Below are positions 34,044 through 48,069 of a stretch of 64,000 nucleotides of DNA, one piece after another; the stretch's first letter is position 1; each line of letters starts with the position of its first letter. Source of the DNA: Octopus vulgaris. Taxonomy: Eukaryota. A program made the position numbers and the translations under genes. The notes under the pieces were generated by a model that saw only the letters and a program-made list of their open reading frames with translations, made no database searches and had not been told where the DNA came from. Location of the stretch: NCBI GenBank assembly GCA_951406725.2, contig OX597827.1:52452001-52516000 (forward strand). The letters are read 5' to 3'.

Positions 34044-37000
34044 GTAAAGAAACATTATCTTCATTATCATTATCATCATCTTAACACTAGAAAGACAAAC
34101 CATATATTTAAACAACTGATTTTGCAGTTTGTGACTCATTGGAATGTTTAACTTTCTGGCTCATGAGTCAAGAATGCAAACTTACATGTAGGCATTTATT
34201 CAGTTAAAGCTTGTTACTATAATTGTCTCACTGCATTCATTGTGATGTATACATTTGGAAAAACATGCAACTCTAATTACTTATATCTGCTTCATTGAAA
34301 TTAGTTTCCATGTCTACTTCACAAGTTAAAACAATTGCTCCATCTATGTGAAAAATGTTCAAATTTGTAAAACTCATCTTAGCCAAACTAATATGGAAAA
34401 TTTTTGTGGCATTATCTCAAAGTAAAAAAAAAAATCAGTTTTGTGTTAATGCTCTTGATAATGGCACAAATGTCTCAGTCACATTTCTCCTCTTCTATAA
34501 ACATATGACTTTGTATTTATGTAAAAAGTCAATATTATACTAGAATGATCTGATATACTTAGATTGGAAACTTTAACATAACACCAAGTAATGATTGTAT
34601 CAGGATACAAGCTAACCTATGAGCCAGGAAGTTGGTACTTTATTCATATAATCCCCCCTCCCCCTTGTAATCTAATAATATAGTGTATGTTAGCAATTAT
34701 ATACTCAAGAGTATTAATATACAGTATTTAGAAATGTGACATGTGACCTTTGTCTCAGAAGAATTCCACCACATTTACCACCTTACTCCAATTCTAGATA
34801 AAAGTCTGAAATAATTTATATCTTGTGATATTTTCAAATTTCTTTTAAATTTCAAAAGAAAATCTGTTGATGCTGATTAGTATTTAACATTGGCTTGTGT
34901 TAAGATTGTATAATTGCACCAAAAAAGTAAATGTTCTTTTAAATATTCTCATTCATCTCATATTGACTAACAATTGAAGTCATTTGTGCATGTTTACAAA
35001 CATTAGGAAATCATTAGATATGAGTTTCAAATCATACTTGTGACATAGCTTCACTTTGCTTACCGAGCAAACTACTAAACCATTTCAGAAGTAACTGTTA
35101 TACCTATTGGGAAGAGATCAGGCGTTAAAACTAAGAGAGTACCGTTGACTTTAATTTTTTTTTTACTGTAATATATATTATTTAATATCAATCAGTATCT
35201 GTTTCTATATATGATACTCTGCTAATATAATGGAATAGAGCATCAGAGACAAGGCCATAAATATATTACAACAAAACACTTTGGTATATGATATTTATAT
35301 TCTGTTGTGAAGGCTATTACAAAAATACAATAGCATTTGTATGCTTTAATTGGCTAATATATCTGTATTGATCAATTGTCAAAGTCAACAAGCTCATGAA
35401 TTCACCAGAAACATAACACTGTGTAACACAATTTTTGTCCTTGGATAGCAACTGTTATTTCCAAATGCTTACTCATAGAAAGTATGAAAAATAGTTAACA
35501 TTTCCTCCAAACTTTGCATTTGTTATATTTATTTAAACTCCAGAGAATCCCTCTCAGCTCATGGCTATGATGCTCCCCAACTACTGCTCATGATCAGAGA
35601 TGCACATATTGCTAACCACTAAGGGACATGCTCAACTAGTTAAGCTCAAGCAACTGACAAGCAAATCTGTGGCATTGTGCAGAATATTTGCTATAATGAT
35701 ATTTCTGCTTCAGTAACTCAGAGATGAATCTGTTTGAAATGTAATGCAATAGGTCAGTTTCAAAGCATTGGTGTCCAGGTCACAAAAGCAGAGTTTAAAG
35801 TGAATAGTAGTCATTTCCTTTGATTTTTAGATGGAAGTAAATAGGAAATAACACTTACTGCCCAAAGACAACAAAAAAAAAAAGAAAGTTTGCTTTACAG
35901 TGTTATTCAGATGAATATATGAGAAGATTCTGTATTTGATATCAAAAGCCAAAAAAATAATCATCATCAGTTGTATTTGCTTCTGGCTTCACAGACCCCA
36001 GTAGAACCGTCCAACCCATGCTAGCATGGAAAACGGACGCTAAACGACGATGATGATGATGATGATGTGACAGTCCTCTCTTCAAACCCTGTTGTGGTTG
36101 AAGAAATATGTTAATAAAATCTCATGAGTTGAAACAATGGTCATATAGACTAGTTGAAAAGAATGATCTTTGTATTTGCACAAGGACATACCAGAATGGT
36201 GACTACCAAAAGTATTAAATCTTTGAAATACATATCAAAATTACAGTCCATCCACAACTGAAACGAAAAAAAAACTGTAAACAGTTTTCTTCACGCAACA
36301 AGCTGTATATCTATTTTGTTTCTTTTCTGATGGCAGCTTTTGAAAATGTGTGCAATACTGCTTTATTTTAGTTTCTCCATTTTTCATTTTAACTAACTTC
36401 TGTGTCAATAAACAAAAAAGGAAAAACGCATGTATACTTAAAAAGTTTGCTTTTGCAACCAAAAGGCTATGATAGTCAATTAAAAATGAAATTGATATTA
36501 GTTGATGTTGTAAAATGCAGAGTAGGTAATGAAAGGATTAATGGACAATCTTACCTCTCACAATATAGAAACATTTTTCATGGCACCAGCTGACAAAATG
36601 GAAAAGGCATTGCCCTGGAGGATAGTGATGGAGATGTGCTGGAACAGCTACTCTGACTCATGGAGTTCACACTTGCAATCCCTCTTCATGGAAGTTTGGG
36701 CAAGTAACTTCTATCATGGCCTAGAGCTGACCAATGCTTTGTAAGTGAAAGTTGTAAATAAAATTCTGTGCAGAAGTCTGTGTAATGTGTGCGTACATGC
36801 ACACACATATATGATAGATTCTTATAGAGAGCTATGTATGTTATCCTGGTCATTAAAAAAAATTTTTGTTGGCCAACTTTAAACATTGTTTAAACTCATA
36901 AAGAACAAATGCAATGTAATGAGCAACTCCTATAAAGCAGATTGTTATTTTTTCTCTGTACATTCATATATCAACTATATATTTTTACTGTAATTAACTG

Positions 37001-40000
37001 AACCTGATACACAAATGCATCCATTTTAAAATTGGTACCAACCATTGTTCATGAAAATCATGGCTCACCTGCCTTTAGTCTAGTCCATGTAGCACCATTT
37101 ACACAATGGTTTACCCATATCAAAGAAACTGCTTTAGTTGCATCAAATGACAGCTTACCTCCACTCCTCAACCATAGTGAAGGTAACCTGTCTTGGATAG
37201 TGGTCATTCTGAACAAATCCAACGGTATGCAAAAGAGGTTTTTGGCCTTATCATACAGAGATGCAATCTCTGTAAGTTGTGGTAAAGAAACCCATCTAAG
37301 AGAATAGGTACACAATTAAAATTGATAAAGTGAAGAGGAAGCATTTTAGTCCTGACAGAACTGGTTGCATGGTAATGCACTCAATACTGTAACAAAGTTG
37401 ACAAGAAGAGGAATATCCAACTGTAAAAACCATGTCAAAAGCATAATAGTCACACAAAGAAACCATTATACTTAGTATTTGTTGATTTGGAAGAGGCTTC
37501 TGGTAGTGTTCCATTCTCTGTATTCTAGTGAATGCAAAGAAACCTGTTTTAGAGGGATGGCTTGTGAGACATGCAAGCCATGTATAGGTGTTCTCTCAGC
37601 TAAGTGAGTTAGCAACAAGCTCTAAAAGAATTTATGGTTCAGGTCAGTGTTTCATCAGGGTTCATTTCTCATCTCCCTTCCTGTTTATAGTTCTTTTGGC
37701 CATAACATTGAAATTCAAGACAATCTAATTCTCTCTCATAGGTGAATTAGTCAGAGAAATAGTAAAGTTCCAAATGTGTAGGGAGTGTCTAGGATTGGGA
37801 TATCTAAAATCAGTTTAGTGAAGATGGAAGTTTTAGTTAGCAGAAAAGAAAACTGAACACTGCAACTAATGAAGTGGCTATGCTTGATATGCAGAATGGG
37901 AGAAGTTAGGGACACAGTACTGTGTTTCTACTGCAACAAGGGTATACAAAAAGTTAGCTGGATCTGAGTTAGGATGACAGAAGGATTTCACATTCAATAA
38001 ATGCACAATTTATCAGCAAGAGTTCCAAAGAAGTGAAGTCTTCAACTGCTTAGAAGGCTATTAGATATAATTGATAGCTTCTGTGAATCAAGTAAACTGA
38101 TCAGTCGAGGAATTGGGTGTTTTGAAAGCATAGTAGCCAGAGAAAGGATAGGGTTGAAAAAATTCAGGGAGTTATTACCTTTCTTGGGGACAAAGAGCTT
38201 CTTTCTTTGGGACAGACTGCATAATGCTTATGTTCATAGTGAGCTATTGCATGATAACAAGGCGTAATTACTGAATGTGGAGGGTATGCAAAAGCTGGAA
38301 TGATATAAGGCAAGCATGCTCTGCTGCATATGAAATATGAGCATGCATGAATGATGGGAAACAAATGTGCTTAGAGAAAACCGGGCTTAAGAAGTATTGG
38401 CTGTTGTGTTCTGGAGAGAAGACTTTGCTGATATGGTTGGGTGTAAAAAATCATACAGTGCAAGTCGAAGGAACCCATGGAATAGGAATATTGAAGAAGG
38501 TGTGGGGAGAAGTGATGTGGTCTGATCTTAGGATGCTGGACCTCACAAAGAAGATGATGAATGACTGCAACAAGTGAAGAGATGTTGGGTTGAGACAAAC
38601 CAGTTCAACCTGTCAGAAAAGGAAGGTAAAAATTATGTGTGTATTAGTAAAATGATGTATACTTAGGTGTTGAGTTAGATCTCTCTGTGCCAGTGAGGAA
38701 TTATTAAATAAACAGAGAGAGATAAAATATGTACTAAACTAAGTAATGGTGATATAATTGATTAAAAATATTTCACTCAGTGCCCCAGCATGACCAAACT
38801 CCAAAGTACTAAAATTAATGAAAGAATAAAAGTATACATTAAATATTTTGTTTTCCTTTAAAAGCTAGTTCAAATAGTCCAGCATTTGCAAGACATCTTT
38901 AGTTTACATAATGTTTCTCATAGAACTGACAAAGGGTGGTGGATTGGCAAAATAATTTGTCAGAAGAAATGTTTTGTATTTCTTTTGGCTCTTAGCTTGC
39001 CTTAAGAATGCAACAGATTGGCTATAACAAAGTTTGTATTCATATCTAAATGTTCCAATTACTGATTCAGATTTGCATCTTCAAACGATTTTACTAGAGT
39101 GCTTGTTTAAAATCTTAAATGTAAAATTAATCAAACGATGATATTGATTTGAATGTAGAAAAGCTAGTCAGAATTAATCCAAGTCACACATCAAGTTGTA
39201 TCAGTAGCCTATTCTCTTGAGTTGCTATAATAAGAATTATAGTCAAATAAAGTCATATCATCTTATATTATCAAACTTTGGAAAGATAATAGTCAATGTT
39301 GATGTGATTTGAACTCAGAATTGTGTAACAATAAATTAAATTATAAAACATTCAAGTCAGTACTCTACTGACCTGGCCTTTATTATAATATCATCTAAAT
39401 ATTATTTATTATGAGTAACAACAACTTCAATTACACAATAATTGTAAATTACTTTAGTTTCTCTCCCCTTAGTAAGTATCTTCTTATGTCATTGATTTTT
39501 ACTGATTACAGAAAATCTATATAATACTAACAATGTGTTTTTCAATAAAAGAAAATATTAAATCTGTACAAACTGTTTTCAGCCAATCCTATATTGGGTT
39601 ATGTGCAGATTAATTCCATCACTGTTGAGCAATCTGTATATGAGACAAATGGTACATATCAATGTTCAAACCTACTGCTTTTTAGAGACTGGCCTTGACT
39701 CTCAAAAGAGGAAATAATAGTCACTTGAATTCAAAGTCAAGATTTCTGGAAGCCTTCTCCTCACTCATTTTTAGAACCCTCCTTGCTGTTGTCAGTGATA
39801 TTTCATCTGGCTCTGTTTGAATTCCAGGAATTCTGAGTGCCACTTAAAAACCACTGGTGATGGTGCCACATAAAATGTACTGGCGATGATGCCATATAAA
39901 AAGCACCCAGTACACTCTGTGGAGTGGTTGACATTAGGAAGGGCATCCAGCTATAGAAACCAAGCCAAAACAGACTATGGAACCTGATGCGGCCCCCTTG

Positions 40001-43000
40001 CCTGGCCAGCATGGGAAATGGATATCAAATGTTGATGAATGAAGTTGTAATCCTCTTCAGTCTTTACATTGAAGAAACAAAGAAAAAGACTACATTTCAC
40101 AGTGTCTTGAATTAATAGAGAAAACATTACTAAAGCTGAACAAATTGATTAAAGAATGTATATGAATATGTGGCAGTATATGTTTGAAGACAAAGTACTG
40201 TGATGGAAAAGGAGCTGAAAACACATTTCATCAGATGAAAATAGAGTTAAAATGGATAAACATGTAAATGAAATGTTGAAGAAATTTACTCACAAATATC
40301 TCGGAAATTATATTTCAAATGAATTTTAAAAATATGGGTAAGTTAGAAATCCAGTTGAAACAGTTTCTCTGCATTGAAAACTGTAGCATAGTAAAGGAAA
40401 GTATTAAAAATTAAGAAAATGTACTTATAGTTATTTTGAATATGCTTTAATTCAAGTTAATAGAAATAAAATTTTACATTATTAAAAAGCAACATCATCA
40501 TTATCATTGTTTAACGTCCGCTTTCCATGCCGGCATGGGTTGGATGGTTTGATTGAGGACTGGTGAGCTAGAGGCTGCACCAGAATCAATCTGGTCTGGC
40601 AAAGTTTCTACAGCTGGATGCCCTTCCCAATGCCAGCCACTCCAAGAGTGTAATGGGTGCTTTTTATGTGCCACCAGCATGAGGGCCAGTCAGGTGGTTC
40701 TGGCAACGAATACGCTCATGCTCAAATCCAACTTTTCTCTCAGGGTGCTTACACTCTGACGTGTATGCACACTGACATTACACATCCAGCGGAGCATACT
40801 GGCTTCATTCCTTGCGAACTTACCCATGTCCTCAGCAGTCACAGCCCATGTTTCACTGCCATGTAGCATGGCAGTTCACACACATGCATCATACAGTCTA
40901 CCTTTTACTCTGAGCCCTTTGTCACTGGCAGAGGTAAGAGCTCTCTGAACTTTACCCAGGCTATTCTTATTCTAAGCAGCTACACTTTCAGAGCATCCAC
41001 CCCCGCTATTGACTTGGTCCAATTACTTCTGTAAAGTAAGGGAAATATTTTGAAAAATGTTTTAAATTAGAAAACTTCTTACCACATAATTCAGTCAGTA
41101 TCTCAATTTTACATATATTATGCATGTATACCCTCAGTTTTAAGTCAAGAACCAGCATAACTTTACAAACCATAGTTCCATGCTAAAACTTTTTAAAGTT
41201 TAACTAATATAGTTCCAGGTTCAGTCCCACTTATACTATAGCCTTGGGCTGCCCAAAGCTTTGGGAGTGAATTTGGTAGACAAAAACTGAAAGAAGCCTG
41301 TTGTGCATGAGTGTGTTCTGTGTATCTGTCTTTGTCCCCCACCACTGCTTGTCAACCATCATTGGTGTGTTTACATCCCTGATAGAATAAGTACCAGACT
41401 TAAAATAAAAATAAGTACTGAGGTTGATTCAAAGGTTGATTCAAAGCTGGTGCTCCAGTATGGCCACAGTTTGATGACTGAAACAAGTAAGAGATAAAAG
41501 ATTTGGAATATTTTACGATTTTCAGTGTCAAGTTATTCGTAGAAACAGTTTCAGATCTCGTTTCTGTCAATGAAGTATGAGAAACGAGCTAGAGTAAGAG
41601 CATACATGCGCACGCACACACACACAACTTGATTTTTAAGATTAGGCTAGGTTTCTTCAAAGAATGTATTTCTAAATATTAAATATAAACATGGTCATTG
41701 TATAGATAATGTATGAAGAAAAATGTGTGCCTTGAGAAGTTGTAAATTCAAAGATACACCAAAGACTTTTTTTTGTTTATTTCTAACTATCCAGTGACTT
41801 TGTATACTAAGATTTCTCAATCTTCAATAATCTTTCTCAAAAGCCATACTGAAAACCTTTATTCAACCTGTTGCCCTCTATTATTTAGTGTTTAGTCTGA
41901 GCCTCTTCTACAGCTGCCATTATACACTTTGCATTGTAGAACACTCTACTACCATCTAAATTGTCTTCCTAAATCCTGTACAAAGCATTACATGCAAACC
42001 AACAAGGGAGCCTCTCTGTGGTCACTGGACCTACTGGAAATAGCATCCAAATCTCCATAAAAATCACACTTTACTGTCTTAAAAAAGGAATCATCCTGCT
42101 CGCAGTTATATCATGGTTGGAATGTTTATGATCATTGTTCTGTTTGATCGGGGCTGTCTTGGAACTAAGCAGCAGTATTTTGTTCTGTAAACTACTGCTC
42201 TTTGAAACTCATATTTTTTCAGGTATTACATGGATCTCTAAAATGACATTTTATGGCAATCAAAACAATATCACACATCTTCACCCTTTCAATCCAAAAC
42301 ATGGTCCCCACACTGTACAAACTATTCCTTTTTTTTCTTTCAGATAGGGATTGTACAAAAAATTAAAAAATTGCTTGAGGGGAATCAAATAGTAATTTCA
42401 GTATTGTAAGTTACTATTTGTAATAAATTATTGCTTGGGTATTTACCTCCCACCTACTTGTAATCATTTTTTTACTATACACCACTCTGTGTTCATTCAT
42501 AAAAATCTTGTATACTTCTTTAGTTATTCTTTTATTTGTTTCAGTCATTTGCCTGTGGCCTTGCTGGAGCACTGCCTTTAGTCGAACAGATCGATACCAG
42601 GACTTATTCTTTGTAAACCTAGTACTTATTCTATCGGCCTCTTTTGCCAAACCGCTAAGTTACAGAGATGTAAACACAGCAGCATTGCTTGTCAAGCGAT
42701 GTTTGGGAGGAAAACACACACACAAACATACATGCATATATACATATATGTATGACAGGCTTCTTTCAGTTTCTGTCTACCAAATCCAATAACAAGGCTT
42801 TGGTTGGCCCGAGGCTATAGTAGAAGACACTTGCCCAAGGTGCCATGCAGTGGGCCTGAACCTGGAGCCATGTGGTTGGTAAGCAAGCTACTTACCACAC
42901 AGCCACTTCTGTTTAAGATCTACAGGAACATCTAAACAATGTTTTACTGGGGAGATTTAATAAGACTAAAACATGTCTGGAGTTGGGTTAGGGTTAGATC

Positions 43001-46000
43001 AGACTCACTCTTTATTACATTTCATTTTTAATTTAATTATAATTTGGTGGTTGTTTCTTTCCTTAAGAATTATCCATTTAAATAATGGTTACTCTCATCC
43101 CTAAAGTTGGTGCAATCTTAATTAAAATTTCTTGGCTTCCTACATCAAATTTGCTAGTGCCCACATTCATTTGACAGATTGTTCCAGCAATCAAAAACAA
43201 AACCAAAACTTTTGTAGTCTAAATTGTGGGACTGGTTTTTATCTCTCTTCTAATATGTAGGCACTTATAGACATACATACTCTCATCTGTCTGTATTTTA
43301 CTATCTTGCTCTCTCTCTGTATCTATTTCTCCTTCTCTTATCTCTTGTTCTTTCAGGATCTTACTACTATCCCTTAATCTCTCTCACTCACTCTTTTTTT
43401 CACACCCAGCAACATTGTAATCACTTATATCTATATTTAATAGCTTGGCTTTCTCTTATAGTAGCCACTTACTTAATGCTACATTAAAATATCTTCACTG
43501 TTGATACAGCCAATCTTCTCCCTTTCATTTGATCCCACCCTTGTATTCATTTACATATGCATATGTCAAGTTGACTTGCCTGGAGAATACTTCCTGTCTC
43601 TTTCACTGACTCTTTCTCCCTCTTGTGTGTGTGTGTGCATGTAACACCTGATATTTAATTAGGTGTAGAGAAGAAAACAAAATCAAACACAAAACCACTC
43701 AACCTGAGTTTGCATGGTTTTGTCAGTAAATTCACTGCAAAATGACCAAAAAGGACAAATCTGATTGTCTACTAAGATTTCAGGTCAGTTTTACCTCACT
43801 TTTCATAATTGAATATGTGCTCGTGTGTATGATTGCTTTCTATTTTTTTCCTTTCTTCCTTTACATATCATTTTTTCTACTAACACATTCTGGTTTCAGC
43901 TTATTTGTTCAATTTTTAAACGTTTCCATTATTCAGAATTTATTACTTGTTATGTCCCAGGCATGGCTATGTGGTAAGAAGTTTGCTTCCCAATCACCTG
44001 GTTTCAGGTTCAATCTCACTGTGTGACACCTTGGGCAAGTGTCTTATAATTCTAGCTCTGGGCTGACCAAAGTTTTCTAATTGCATTTGGTCGATGAAAA
44101 CTGAAATAAGCTTGTCATGTTTGTGTGTATGTGAGTGTTACTCTTACTGTTTCCTTGCTTTGACATCATAGTTGTAAACAAATATTATCACAATTTGGGT
44201 ATCCATAACTTAGTGGAAATTCCTAAAAACAAGATCCTGTGTAAGACAGTTCAGTATTCTCTGTAAATGCACAAAAACTGTTTTAAGGGCTACATACTTT
44301 GTATTGTTGTTATTGGATTAGCAAAACAATTATGAAAATAGAACCAAGGGATAAGCCCCGCTTTCCCGGGAATTACCGCGTATGTCAGCTAGTATATACA
44401 TATGCATATATGGGTACAGAACATCACCAACAATAAACAACATGAAATATGAAAACAAATGAGTTCAATACACAAACAACGAGAGAAACAACTGGAAAAC
44501 AGGACAAGTAACACAAAGAATGATCCTTCATCAGTTGTTGGCTGTCTGTCTGCTTATTTCGAGCATTGAATGGGAATATGAGTCTTTGAAGACAGTTGCC
44601 CCATAAGTACCAAAATAAAATTTGGGGTTTATGGAGGGTCAAAGTTGGGAACAAAAACAGGATTGTGGAGACATACAAGGAAACTGAATGAAAACAAACA
44701 TAGAGGGTCATTAGACCAGAATGAGGGTAAAATAGCGAATGCTGGAGAAATATTTTCTTTGACAAGAGAAAAGATAGAAGAAAGAGATAGGATACATTTA
44801 GTCCTTAGGACAGTCTTGAAAGAAATGAAAGATGATTACATGAGGAAAAGAAAGATGGACAGTGTTCTTGCTTCCTCATGTTTGTTTTAACTACTCAATG
44901 TTTTTTATAAATATTTTGAAATATGGCAGTAGAGTGGTAAAAACAAAGTGAATCTGAACATATCGAGGTTAGATCTTGCTAGGATTGATTTTTACTAAGG
45001 CACACATCATTTACTTGGATAAATTCAATCAATATATTTGTAGTGTAATATTAGGATTGTTAAATAATTATTGATGAATAACAACATTTGGTGGACTGTG
45101 TTATGTGCATAATGGTCACTGTACTAATATTGGTATTAGTTCTCAAAAAGTTTTATTAACCTGAAACATTTGTATTTACATGTATTCAACAGTTGAATAA
45201 ATAGAACAGCATTCAAGAGATATCGAATAAAATAAGCACAAATTTTCATTATAAAATATGGTAAATATTGATACAAAGACTATACAAAATTATTTCTTTC
45301 TACTATAGGCACAAGGCCTGAAATTTTGGGGGAGGGGCTAGTCAATTACATCAACTCCAGTGTTCGACTGATACTTATTTTATCGATCCCAAAAGGATGA
45401 GACAAAGTTGACCTCGGCAGAATTTGCACTCCAGATGTGAAAATGGACAAAATACTGCCTTAAGACTATACATAATTACTGAGAACAAATTTTGGCATAG
45501 AATTCATGGGTTCAATACTTTTTAAGAAGCATTCAGTTTCCGTCTACCGAATCAACTCAGTGGTTGGAAAGCAGACTTCTTACTACACAGCCATGCCTGC
45601 GTCTGTTGTCAAAAAGAAAATATTCCGTTAAAAAGGACTAGAGTTTGAGCTTGTTTTCTAAATGAGATTACTGGGACTAAGTGAATAAAGTTTCTTGCTT
45701 AAGGATTGCAAAATAAGAAGTAAATAGATAAATTAGATAAAAGTTAATTAAAGCTTGAAAATCATTACTAATACTCAATTCTTCTAGCTTGTTTACAATG
45801 AGTTTTGAAGTAGTCTGGTGCCTGTAAAAACTGGCTAATGTCAGAGACTCTTCATGTATTGTTGTTAATCTCTTGATTCAACCTTGCCTGACATCACCTG
45901 TGCCTTCATGAGAGAAAAAGAAATACTGTTTTACATTGAAATTTCCCATCATGATTTTATATAGATTCTATTTGATAAATTTTGTTCTAAACATGAACTT

Positions 46001-48019
46001 AGATAATAAAAACATAAGGTGTTTTACTAAATCCATTTTATATTGTAATTTATGAATAATAGTGTCGCTGGTTACAGATTTCAAAAGGGCCAACCACAAA
46101 TTCACAGCATTTTTGATACAGAACAAATTTTTTAAGGTATTTCATTCATAAAAACATCAGTTTTTCATTTTCCTTGCTGATGTTTATATCCTTCATCAAT
46201 ATATACTGGTGAAAGATACATATACACAGTTGCAGTTTGGCAATTCTACTCACAAGACGTTGGTCAAACTAAGACTGTAATTAAATACAGTGCCATACAA
46301 TCAGATTGTATACTGAACCATGATTGGGAAGAAACATCTGTAACCATCCAACTGTGCCAGAGTTTAAACTTACAGTGTGGGTCTAGTTGAGATCAATTAA
46401 CCAGAAATCAGTAACATAAGCCTGCCAGTCATCAGTGTTGTAATGTTCATTTTTTTTTAAATATTTATTTCATTAGTTATTTTCATTCCAAGCTAGTCAT
46501 TGACACACATGGTTATTCTAATCTATCCTCAGTCTAGAATTACCTAGACAGGTAGGTATGAGAACACTGTCCTGATAAATTGAAGAAAATGTTAAAGCAA
46601 ACTGAGTGGTATCATAATCATTGAGCCACATAGGTATCATGTAACACTATTTGGTTAAAGGTTTCTGGAGCAAATCAATTTGATAGAGCCAGTCCTCCTA
46701 GCTAAACCTAGAGGTGGAGTTAAATTCAACATCAAAAGCTAATAAATCACTCATGTTATGTAGTGATGCTGCTGCTTACAGCTTTAAATTGTTCATATAA
46801 TGCAGTACGTATTTATAACTAGACAAACTGGGTTACTTCTGAGTTATACCTTTTAGTCACAACACCATGCTGATGACAGTAAACAAACCACTTACCTTTT
46901 AACTGGTTATCTGTTATCCTATTAGCTTGGCCATTCAAGTTCTCAAAATGGGTTAGGTGAGTTAGTAAATTTTGGCATAGAGTTCATTGATTAAATATTT
47001 TTAAAGAAGCATTCTGTTTCAAGGTGGAGAACTAAAAAAAGAAGAAGAAAACACTTTCAGTCCTGTACAAACAAAATCATTTGCTAAGCTCTCTACATGA
47101 CCAAATCCGGCAGTGCAGGCTAAAGTGGTTTGGCTACATTTACAGGATGCGTATCAGAAGACCACCACACCAACTTTTGTGATGGCAGTGACCCATGTAC
47201 TGGAGATTCCAGCACAGCACACCAAAGAAGTCATGAGTGAAACAAATTGAGGAAGACTTGAAGTAGCAGCGCCTCAACCTTAAGCATGTTAAGGCCAGTG
47301 CCATGGATCAGAAAGCATGGAATAATATCATCACCAGAGTTCATCATCCAGTGGTACCCACAGCAGTATATTGGTTAAGAGGACAGCATCCCCATCCAGT
47401 TGCCAGCTAGAGATTTTACTTACTTATTAATACAGTGTAAACTTAGATCTTCTGTCAATTTTTGTCTTATTGCTATGACAACAACCTTTTATCTTATTGC
47501 TATGAGAACAGCTTTTGCTCATCTAAATTCTCTTTGAGAAGTTTTTTTCTGAGATAGTGCATTACAGCATGTGCTGTTCAATGCTTGCACATTTTTACCT
47601 ACTTTAGAATACCAGTGCATTTTTTTCTTAAATCACAAACCTAATCTTAGTTTTTTTTTTCTATCCATTTGGTGCATGGGCATTGTTTACATTCTTTTAC
47701 AAACTAATAAAAGCAATATGGATATGCTCAACATTCCCACTCAGTTATATGATCTTAAAAAATATTTGACCCAATATCAACTAAAAAGTTAAAATATTTC
47801 TGTACAGTATTGTAATACATTTTACTTTACTATTATCACCACTAACATCTGAGAGACATTGTAATACTATGGCTCAATATATTTCAATTTCATATTATTA
47901 GTTTCATTTTCTCTAAAGTCCTTTGCTTATCTAGCATATTACCAAAATGAATAGCATGCAAAAAAGGTGGCTGTGTAGTATGCTACAACATACCAACCCA
48001 AAGCATAACATTAGCTGCT

Positions 48020-48069
<50 letters not shown>

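Noticed and set aside
44490-44600. Possible fourth hammerhead on the minus strand (GAAA ... CTGATGA; CTGTC/GACAG stem)
   Set aside because: Motif order and stems could not be assembled into a convincing core; probably a decayed Penelope-like pseudo-LTR.
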